39,656 bases of DNA from Actinomycetota bacterium (GTDB lineage: Bacteria; Actinomycetota; UBA4738; HRBIN12): NCBI GenBank assembly GCA_036554665.1, contig DATBMU010000035.1:1-39656 (forward strand). Reading direction: 5' to 3'. Below the pieces are notes generated by a model. That model was not told the origin of the DNA, ran no database searches, and saw only the letters and a list, made by a program, of their open reading frames with translations. Below, one piece after another: positions 24,669 through 31,063 of this stretch. Positions within the stretch are counted from its first letter, which is position 1; each line of letters begins with the position of its first letter. The position numbers were made by a program, and so were the translations under genes.

Positions 24669-24715
24669 CTCCGGGAGCGGGCCGGCGCAATCCTAGACGG
24701 GGCGCGCTCCCGGAG
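24669..24715 (-). other. 11-bp perfect stem-loop overlapping the uppP Shine-Dalgarno
   Basis: CTCCGGGAGCG (24669-24679) / CGCTCCCGGAG (24705-24715), 25-nt loop. On the minus-strand RNA the 3' arm ends in the GGAG of the uppP SD. It also lies 10 nt past the CpaB-like gene stop. Confidence 0.45.
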
Positions 24716-24724
24716 CCCGGTGGC

Positions 24725-25393
24725 TCACGCGATCGATGACGCCGGGGCGATCGCGACGGCGAGGTCGGCGAACGCCGAGGCGTAGGCGAGCTCCTCCGCG
24801 ATCTCGGGGCCGACGAGGAGCACGAGCGTCGGGCCGGCGGAGCCGCCGGCCGCGAACGTCCCCTCGTCCGGCTCCAGGACGGTGAGCACCTCGAGGCCGC
24901 TCGCGACCGTGTCGGTGTAGGGGCGGGGACCCCCGAACGTCGCGAGCACGTCGACGAGGTCGCCCGGGCGGACCGCGCCCGCGGCGCCGCCGACGGCGAC
25001 GGGGAACGCGCGGAGACCCTGGGGCACGAGCGAGGCGACCGGCCCGCCCGCCACGCCTACCCGGGTCTGGGTGATCGCCTCGCCCTCGGCGACGTCGGAG
25101 ACGAGCGTCCGCCCGGCGAGCGAGCCCGGCGCCGCGACCCGTCCCGGCGGCGCGAACGCGGCCGGCACGAGGTCCACGCGGAGCGCCTCCTCCGAGAGCA
25201 CCGCGCCCCGCGAGAGCGCCGTGGCGGCCACGACGACCGCGACCGGCTCGCCGACCACCGGACGGAGCGCCTCGAGGCGGGCCGCGTACCCGTCGACGAG
25301 CGCGTACGCGCCGGCCGCGGAGACGACGGCGAGCGCCGCGAAGACCTTCGACCGCCGGGACCACTTCCGAGCGAGCAGACCGCGCGCCAACAC
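24725..25393 (-). CDS. SAF-domain / CpaB (RcpC)-like protein, N-terminally anchored
   Basis: 222 aa, GTG start. TM VFAALAVVSAAGAYALV. SAF-like VAVVVAATALSRGAVLSEEAL, then the RcpC-like segment GLRAFPVAV ... VRPGDLVDVLATF. Confidence 0.6.
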   Translation of the reverse strand: MLARGLLARKWSRRSKVFAALAVVSAAGAYALVDGYAARLEALRPVVGEPVAVVVAATALSRGAVLSEEALRVDLVPAAFAPPGRVAAPGSLAGRTLVSDVAEGEAITQTRVGVAGGPVASLVPQGLRAFPVAVGGAAGAVRPGDLVDVLATFGGPRPYTDTVASGLEVLTVLEPDEGTFAAGGSAGPTLVLLVGPEIAEELAYASAFADLAVAIAPASSIA

Positions 25394-25441
25394 GACGAGC
25401 GCGACGCTAGCGCCGGGCGAGCGCCCGCGCCGTGAACGAGG

Positions 25442-25618
25442 TCACACCGGGCGCGGCTTCTTCGGCGGAGCGAGCGGGAGCACCCGGACGCGGTAGTCCT
25501 CGAGCCGCTCCCGGCCCACGATCATCGAGATCGACTCGCGCACCCGGTCGGCGAGCTGCTCGGGGTCCTCGTCCGCCGTGAAGCGGACCTCGATCGTCAC
25601 GAGGACGGGCTCGCCCAC
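25442..25618 (-). CDS. 58-aa hypothetical protein (absent from the ORF track)
   Basis: GTG 25616-25618 immediately follows the mtnP TAG in the same frame. Translation: VGEPVLVTIEVRFTADEDPEQLADRVRESISMIVGRERLEDYRVRVLPLAPPKKPRPV, stop TGA 25442-25444. Nearly every codon ends in G or C, as in the neighbouring genes. Confidence 0.5.
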   Translation of the reverse strand: MGEPVLVTIEVRFTADEDPEQLADRVRESISMIVGRERLEDYRVRVLPLAPPKKPRPV

Positions 25619-26413
25619 CTAGGCCTCGAAGCTCGCGCCCTCGAGGGCCGAGGCGCACGGGCAGTCGCGGGTCTCGGGGATCGCCGGGACGATCTCGAAG
25701 AGCAGGTCGCGGAGCCTGGCGTTGTTCTCGCCGAACACGCGCACGACCTCGTCGTTCGTCACCGGCGGGACGCCCTCGACGCCGACGTCGTAGTCCGTGA
25801 TGAGGGAGATGTTCGCGTAGCAGAGCTCGAGCTCGCGCGCGAGCAGCGACTCGGGGTACTGGGTCATGTTGATGACCTCCCAGCCGGCCGCCTTGAACCA
25901 CGCCGACTCGGCCCGGGTCGAGAACCGCGGGCCCTCGATCACGACGACGGTCCCGCGATCGTGCACCGGGATGCCGAGCGCGCGCGCCCGGTCGATCGCG
26001 ATGCCGCGCATCGTCGGGCAGTACGGGTCGGCGAACGAGACGTGCGTGGTCACCGGGCCGTCGTAGAACGTGTGCGGGCGCAGCCGGGTGCGGTCGACGA
26101 CCTGGTCGCAGATCACGAAGTCGCCAGGCGTGACGTGCTCCTGGAGCGAGCCGCACGCGTTCGGCCCGATGATCCGCGTGACCCCGAGCTCCTTCATCGC
26201 CCAGGCGTTCGCGAGGTACGGGATCCGGTGCGGCGGCAGCTCGTGCCGGGTCCCGTGCCGCGGGATGAACGCGACCCGCCGCCCACCGACCTCGCCGACC
26301 ACCGGCGGCGCGGAGGGCCTGCCGTAGGGCGTGTCCACGTCGACGGTCTCGGTGTCCTCCAGGAAGGAGGTGAACCCCGACCCCCCGAACACCCCGATCT
26401 CGGCGGTGCTCAC
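25619..26413 (-). CDS. mtnP: S-methyl-5'-thioadenosine phosphorylase
   Basis: GTG 26413 overlaps the upstream stop (GTGA). GVFGGSGF, FIPRHG..H..PPH.IPY.AN, IIGPNACGSL, EGPRFST.AES, INMT..PE, and the C-terminal DCPCASAL. Confidence 0.85.
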   Translation of the reverse strand: MSTAEIGVFGGSGFTSFLEDTETVDVDTPYGRPSAPPVVGEVGGRRVAFIPRHGTRHELPPHRIPYLANAWAMKELGVTRIIGPNACGSLQEHVTPGDFVICDQVVDRTRLRPHTFYDGPVTTHVSFADPYCPTMRGIAIDRARALGIPVHDRGTVVVIEGPRFSTRAESAWFKAAGWEVINMTQYPESLLARELELCYANISLITDYDVGVEGVPPVTNDEVVRVFGENNARLRDLLFEIVPAIPETRDCPCASALEGASFEA

Positions 26414-26760
26414 GACTCCGTCGACCCCTTCGAGCCCTTCGAGCCCGACCCCTTGGAGCTCTTCTCCTTCGAGCCGGACGAGCCCGCGTCCGTCCCCGAC
26501 GAGGTTTCCGAGGACGAGGTCGCCGTCGACGTCGTCGACGAGCCGGCGTCGTCCTTCTTCTCCTTCGCGGCGGGCTTGGAGCCCGAGCGGCTGTCGGTCG
26601 CGTAGAAGCCGGAGCCCTTGAAGACGATCCCCGCCGGGTGGAACACCTTGCGGAGCGGGCCGCCGCAGGCGCCGCACGTGGTGAGCGGGTCCTCCGTGAT
26701 CCGCTGGAAGACCTCGATGTGCTGGCCACAGGACGTGCACTCGTACTCGTACGTGGGCAT
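26410..26760 (-). CDS. FmdB-family zinc-ribbon protein with a Ser/Gly/Lys-rich tail
   Basis: MPTYEYECTSCG ... TCGACGG (CxxC ... CxxC), FKGSGFY, then about 60 aa of low-complexity S/T/G/K tail. Confidence 0.8.
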   Translation of the reverse strand: MPTYEYECTSCGQHIEVFQRITEDPLTTCGACGGPLRKVFHPAGIVFKGSGFYATDSRSGSKPAAKEKKDDAGSSTTSTATSSSETSSGTDAGSSGSKEKSSKGSGSKGSKGSTES

Positions 26761-26859
26761 GGGCCACGAGTCTAGCCGAGGCGTTGTCGGCCACCGGGGG
26801 GATGTATCGCCGAGCGGCGTCGGGGGTATCCTGCGCTTCCCCCGCTGTGGAGAGGCGAC

Positions 26860-27753
26860 ATGGCGAAGGCGCACAAGGTCCGCAAGGCGGTCATCCCGGC
26901 CGCCGGCCTCGGGACCCGGTTCCTGCCGGCCACGAAGGCCCAGCCGAAGGAGATGCTCCCGCTCCTGGACAAGCCGGCGATCCAGTACGTCGTCGAGGAG
27001 GCCGTCCGGGCGGGGTTGACGGACATCCTCATCATCACGGGGCGCGGCAAGCGATCGATCGAGGACCACTTCGACCGGTCGATCGAGCTCGAGCACTTCC
27101 TGGAGTCCAAGGGCAAGTTCGACGAGCTCAAGCAGGTCCGACAGATCTCGGACATGGCGACGATCCACTACATCCGCCAGCGCGATCCGCTCGGGCTCGG
27201 TCACGCGGTCGCGGTGGCCGAGGAGCACGTGGGGGACGAGCCGTTCGCCGTCCTGCTCGGCGACGACATCATGTCGGAGACGCACCCGCTCCTCCCGGAG
27301 ATGCTGCGGATCCACGATCGCTACGGACGGAGCGTCCTGTCGGCGATGCAGGTCGCGCGCGACGAGATCTCGCTCTACGGGTGCATCGAGCCGGAGTTCG
27401 TCGAGGAGGACCGGCTCGCGCGCGTGCTCTCGATCGTGGAGAAGCCCGACCCTGAGCAGGCGCCCTCGAACCTCGCGGTGATCGGTCGGTACATCCTCAC
27501 GCCGGAGGTCTTCGACGCCCTGCGCGATCTCGAGCCCGGCGTCGGCAACGAGGTCCAGCTGACCGACGCGATCAACGTCCTCGCGCAGGAGCAGGCCGTG
27601 TACGCGCACGTGTTCGAGGGCGGGCGCTACGACGTCGGCAACAAGCTGGACTACGTCAAGGCCACGATCGAGCTCGCGATCGACCGCGATGACATCGGCA
27701 AGGACCTGCGCCGCTGGCTCGCCGACCTCGCCGAGCGCCGCAAGCTCCTGTAG
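26860..27753 (+). CDS. galU: UTP--glucose-1-phosphate uridylyltransferase
   Basis: AVIPAAGLGTRFLPATKAQPKEMLP, ITGRGKRSIEDHFD, IRQ..P.GLGHAV, VEKP. Confidence 0.9.
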   Translation: MAKAHKVRKAVIPAAGLGTRFLPATKAQPKEMLPLLDKPAIQYVVEEAVRAGLTDILIITGRGKRSIEDHFDRSIELEHFLESKGKFDELKQVRQISDMATIHYIRQRDPLGLGHAVAVAEEHVGDEPFAVLLGDDIMSETHPLLPEMLRIHDRYGRSVLSAMQVARDEISLYGCIEPEFVEEDRLARVLSIVEKPDPEQAPSNLAVIGRYILTPEVFDALRDLEPGVGNEVQLTDAINVLAQEQAVYAHVFEGGRYDVGNKLDYVKATIELAIDRDDIGKDLRRWLADLAERRKLL

Positions 27754-27793
27754 ATCCGGTCGTCCCGGCCGGCGCCGATAGACTGGGTGGCCC

Positions 27794-29053
27794 ATGGCGC
27801 ACGCCCACGTGCACGACCACGACAGCGGCGAGGGCCTCGTCCCGGTGGACGAGGCTCGCGAGCGGCTCCTCGGCAGCCTGGATCCGCTCCAGCCGCTCGA
27901 GCTCCCGCTCACCGAGGCTTACGGATGCGTGCTGGTCCAGGACGTGGTCTCCGACGTGGACATCCCCGCGTTCGCGAGCTCGGCGATGGACGGGTTCGCG
28001 CTCCGTTCCTCGGACGTGGCCGCCGCGACGCCGCTCGACCCCGTCGAGCTGCGGATCGCGGGCCGGGCGCTGATCGGTCAGCGGCCGGAAGGGACGGTCG
28101 GCGGGGGCGAGGCGATCCGGATCGCGACCGGGGCCCCGATCCCGGCGGGCGCCGACACGATCGTGCCGATCGAGAACTGCGAGCTCCAGGGTGACGCCGT
28201 CCGGATCCTGGCCGCCTCGCCGGAGGGCAAGCACATCCGCCCGGCGGGCGAGGACGTGCGCGCCGGCGATCCGCTCGTCCCTGCCGGGCGACGGCTCCAG
28301 GCGCCCGAGCTCGGCCTGCTCGCGGCGGCCGGTGTGTCGCACCCGCTGGTCCGGCCGCGGGCCCGCGTCGTCGTGCTCTCGACCGGGGACGAGCTCGTCC
28401 CGCCGACGCAGACGCCGGAGTTCGGCCAGGTGCACGACTCCAACGCCTACCTGCTGTTCGCCGCGATCCGCGAGGCGGGCGCCGTGCCGATGCTCGCCGG
28501 CGTCGTCCCCGACGACGTCGACGCGCTCAAGGACGCCGTGCTGTCGCACCTCGTGCAGGCGGACGCCTTCGTCTCCTCCGGCGGGGTCTCTGTGGGGGAG
28601 CGCGACGTTGTGAAGGCCGCGTTCTTCCGGCGGGGGGACGTGGACTTCTACCGGGTCGCGATGCAGCCGGGGATGCCGCAGGGCTTCGGCCACGTCGAGG
28701 GCAAGCCGTACTTCGGCCTGCCGGGCAACCCGGTGAGCGTGTTCGTGAGCTTCGAGGTCTTCATCCGGCCCGCGCTGATGAAGATGATGGGGCGCCGGAA
28801 CCTGTTCCGCCCCGAGGTCACGGCGCGCCTGGAGACCGACGTCTCCGGACCTCGCGGCAAGACGCAGTACGCGCGGGTCCGCGTGAAGCGCACGCGCGAG
28901 GGGTGGACGGCCACCCCGACCGGCGCGCGCGGCTCGAACCTCATCGCGACGGTCGCGCGCGCCAACGGGCTCGCGATGGTCCCCGCGGGCGTCGAGACCG
29001 CCGAGGCCGGCTCGGAGGTCCGCGTGATGCTCTTCCGGTCGATGGAGGAGTAG
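27794..29053 (+). CDS. moeA: MoeA-fold molybdopterin molybdotransferase (gephyrin-like; Glp-type by synteny)
   Basis: 419 aa. FASSAMDGFA, IATGAPIPAGADTIV, VVVLSTGDELV, SGGVSVGERD, GLPGNPVS. Confidence 0.85.
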   Translation: MAHAHVHDHDSGEGLVPVDEARERLLGSLDPLQPLELPLTEAYGCVLVQDVVSDVDIPAFASSAMDGFALRSSDVAAATPLDPVELRIAGRALIGQRPEGTVGGGEAIRIATGAPIPAGADTIVPIENCELQGDAVRILAASPEGKHIRPAGEDVRAGDPLVPAGRRLQAPELGLLAAAGVSHPLVRPRARVVVLSTGDELVPPTQTPEFGQVHDSNAYLLFAAIREAGAVPMLAGVVPDDVDALKDAVLSHLVQADAFVSSGGVSVGERDVVKAAFFRRGDVDFYRVAMQPGMPQGFGHVEGKPYFGLPGNPVSVFVSFEVFIRPALMKMMGRRNLFRPEVTARLETDVSGPRGKTQYARVRVKRTREGWTATPTGARGSNLIATVARANGLAMVPAGVETAEAGSEVRVMLFRSMEE

Positions 29054-29054
29054 G

Positions 29055-29549
29055 GTGGCCGACCCCGGCGGCTCGGCCCCTGGCCGCTCGACTCCCGGCG
29101 GCTCGGCGCGGATCGTCGAGGTCGGCGCGAAGGAGATCACCGACCGCGAGGCGGTGGCGGGCTGCCTCGTGACGATGACGCCGGAGGCCTGCGCGCGGCT
29201 CGTCGAGGGCACGCCCAAGGGCAACCCGATCGAGGCCGCGAGGATCGCCGGCGTGATGGGCGTGAAGCGCACGCCCGACCTCCTGCCGTTCTGCCATCCG
29301 ATCGCCGTGACGGGCGCCGAGGTCACGGTCACGCCGGAGCCCGACGCCGGGCGGATCCACGTCCGGGCGACCGTCCGCGCGCGGGACCGGACGGGCGTCG
29401 AGATGGAGGCCCTCACCGCCGCGGCGGTCGCCGCGCTGTCCCTGTACGACACCGCGAAGGCCTACGACCGCGCCGCGAGGATCGACGGCCTGCGCCTGCT
29501 CGAGAAGCGCGGCGGCAAGTCCGGCCACTACGTCGCCGCGCCCGACTGA
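29055..29549 (+). CDS. moaC: Cyclic pyranopterin monophosphate synthase MoaC
   Basis: GTG 29055 lies 1 nt after the moeA stop. VEVGAKEITDREA, LLPFCHPI, GVEMEALTAAAVAALSLYD. Confidence 0.85.
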   Translation: MADPGGSAPGRSTPGGSARIVEVGAKEITDREAVAGCLVTMTPEACARLVEGTPKGNPIEAARIAGVMGVKRTPDLLPFCHPIAVTGAEVTVTPEPDAGRIHVRATVRARDRTGVEMEALTAAAVAALSLYDTAKAYDRAARIDGLRLLEKRGGKSGHYVAAPD

Positions 29550-29552
29550 CGT

Positions 29553-29571
29553 TCGTCGCGCAACGCGACGA
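29553..29571 (+). terminator. Candidate terminator hairpin after moaC
   Basis: TCGTCGCG caa CGCGACGA: 8-bp stem, 3-nt loop, starting 3 nt after the stop at 29547-29549. No U-tract. Confidence 0.4.
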
Positions 29572-29714
29572 GGCCCCATCGTGCCCGTGACCTGCGATCT
29601 CGGTGCTCCGAGGAAGTTGACCGTTGGTATTTGTAGCTCTATCGGAGGCCTGTTAGGTTGCGCGGAGCCCAACGAGGGTGGGACCGGGGATCCGATCGCG
29701 GGGGGCTGGGGCGT

Positions 29715-30269
29715 ATGGGGTGGTTGTTGGTGGCGGCCCTGAGCGTGGTGTGGGCCGCGTTCCTGCTTCCCCGCCGCAGACGCTCCGCGCACCAGAGCGT
29801 GCAAGACTTCGGGAGGACGATGGAGCTGCTAGCGGACACGGGGAGCGACGGGCAGGGGCGCTGGATCGTCACCCCCCGCAAGGGGATGGCGTTCGTCGGG
29901 CGCAAGGAGCGAGCCCGGGAGCGGGCCCGCGAGCGCCGTCGCCGCGTCTTCGTGTTCATGCTCGAGAGCATCGTCCTCACGTTCCTGATCGGGCTCGTCC
30001 CGCCGCTGCGATCGATGTGGTACGCGACCGGCGTCCTCGTGATGCTCCTCGGGCTGTACGTGTGGTTGCTCGTGTCGCTGAAGGCTCGCGGCGAGACCGA
30101 CCCGCTCACCACGGCCGCCCCGGCATCGCCGGCGCGCCAGCGCTACGCGGCCGACGCGGCCAGCCGAACGCCCCGGGCGGCGTTCAACGGGCTGTCGACG
30201 TTCGGCGCCGACGACCTCGTGAACATCGTGGTCAAGCCCGCCGGGCAGGTCGGCGTCGCGCGCGTCTAG
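29715..30269 (+). CDS. 3-TM membrane protein, SepX/GlpR-like (putative divisome receptor of the gephyrin-like MoeA)
   Basis: ATG 29715 is in frame with the track ORF. TM1 GWLLVAALSVVWAAFLLP, then RRRRS..SVQDFGRTMELL, an Arg/Glu-rich helix, and two more TM helices. Its position downstream of galU-moeA matches the actinobacterial glp/glpR arrangement. Confidence 0.55.
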   Translation: MGWLLVAALSVVWAAFLLPRRRRSAHQSVQDFGRTMELLADTGSDGQGRWIVTPRKGMAFVGRKERARERARERRRRVFVFMLESIVLTFLIGLVPPLRSMWYATGVLVMLLGLYVWLLVSLKARGETDPLTTAAPASPARQRYAADAASRTPRAAFNGLSTFGADDLVNIVVKPAGQVGVARV

Positions 30270-30276
30270 GCGCGCC

Positions 30277-30912
30277 GTGGACCTCGACGAGACCTCCGAG
30301 CGGATCCGCCGCCGCTTCGACGCACGCATGGAGGCGCGCGAGCGCGCCCTCCCGGCCTCCCGCGCCGCGATCCGCTCCTGCGCGAACGCGATCCGCGCGA
30401 TCCACCGGGGCGACCTCGACCTCGCGCACCGGCTGATGGACGAGGCCAGGGCCTCGATCGACGCGGGCCTGGAGGCCGTCGCCGACCAGCCCGAGATCCG
30501 CTTCGCCGGCTACCTCCAGGACGCGCAGAAGGAGTACGCGGAGGCGAGGATCACCGAGGCGGTCGTGACCGGCGCCGGCCATGTGCCGACCCCCGAGGAG
30601 CTCGACATCGAGGACGCCCCGTACCTGAACGGCGTGGCCGAGGCGATCGGCGAGGCCCGCCGCCACGCGCTCGACCTGCTCCGGCATCGGCGCGTCGCCG
30701 AGGCGGAGTCGATGCTCACCACGATGGACGACCTCTACACGATGCTCGTGACGATGGACTATCCGGACGCGATCACCGCGAACCTGCGCCGCAGCACCGA
30801 CGTCGCGCGGAGCCTGATCGAGAAGACGCGCGGCGACCTCTCGGTCGCGCGGGTGAGCCAGGACCTCCACGACGCGCTCGACCGGCACGCGAAGGACGTC
30901 CTCGGCGGGTGA
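30277..30912 (+). CDS. Translin-family (translin/TRAX, C3PO-like) protein
   Basis: GTG 30277, 7 nt after the upstream stop. 211 aa, all-helical. DIEDAPYLNGVAEAIGEARRHALD and ANLRRSTDVARSLIEKTRGDLSVA align by eye with the translin DVEDYLSGV..ELSR and LRKRYD..KKVEEVVYDLSI regions. ExxE in QKEYAEA. Confidence 0.6.
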   Translation: MDLDETSERIRRRFDARMEARERALPASRAAIRSCANAIRAIHRGDLDLAHRLMDEARASIDAGLEAVADQPEIRFAGYLQDAQKEYAEARITEAVVTGAGHVPTPEELDIEDAPYLNGVAEAIGEARRHALDLLRHRRVAEAESMLTTMDDLYTMLVTMDYPDAITANLRRSTDVARSLIEKTRGDLSVARVSQDLHDALDRHAKDVLGG

Positions 30913-30919
30913 GCCGAGC

Positions 30920-30938
30920 GGCCTCGGGCGAGGCCTTT
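30920..30938 (+). terminator. Candidate intrinsic terminator after the translin-like gene
   Basis: GGCCTC gggc GAGGCC (30920-30935) followed by TTT, 8 nt after the stop at 30910-30912. Confidence 0.45.
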
Positions 30939-30957
30939 GCTACGCTACCCGCCTCTT

Positions 30958-31031
30958 GGGGGTGTAGCTCAGTCCGGTAGAGCGCTGCCTTCGCACGGCA
31001 GAGGTCGGCGGTTCGAGTCCGCTCACCTCCA
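30958..31031 (+). tRNA. tRNA-Ala (anticodon CGC)
   Basis: Manual cloverleaf. Acceptor GGGGGTG/CACCTCC with the G3:U70 Ala identity pair. D arm GCTC-AGTCCGGTA-GAGC. Anticodon arm CTGCC-TTCGCAC-GGCAG. T arm GGCGG-TTCGAGT-CCGCT. Discriminator A. CCA is not encoded. A TACGCT -10-like hexamer lies at 30941-30946. Confidence 0.95.
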
Positions 31032-31063
31032 CTCGACCTTCCGGCGCGCGAACCAGTGCCGGA

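Noticed and set aside
24725-25393. CpaB-like gene as evidence of a Tad/Flp pilus locus
   Set aside because: No pilin, prepilin peptidase, TadA/CpaF ATPase, TadB/C or secretin-like genes appear anywhere in the window.
27754-27793. Moco riboswitch upstream of moeA (also considered: SAM-type riboswitch upstream of mmuM, 4784-4831)
   Set aside because: The intergenic regions are only about 40-48 nt, far too short for those riboswitch classes. I saw no conserved-core motifs.
29617-29645. Sigma-70-like promoter TTGACC-N17-TATCGG upstream of the SepX/GlpR-like gene
   Set aside because: The -35 element is good, but the hexamer at the correct spacing lacks the critical final T, and alternative -10 candidates have the wrong spacing. 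This is too weak to annotate without transcription start site data.
29581-29742. 54-codon plus-strand ORF in the moaC / SepX-like intergenic region
   Set aside because: Many of its codons end in A or T (GAT, GGT, GCT, GTT, ATT, TGT, TCT, GGA, TTA ...), unlike all confident genes here. It also overlaps the better-supported start of the membrane protein.
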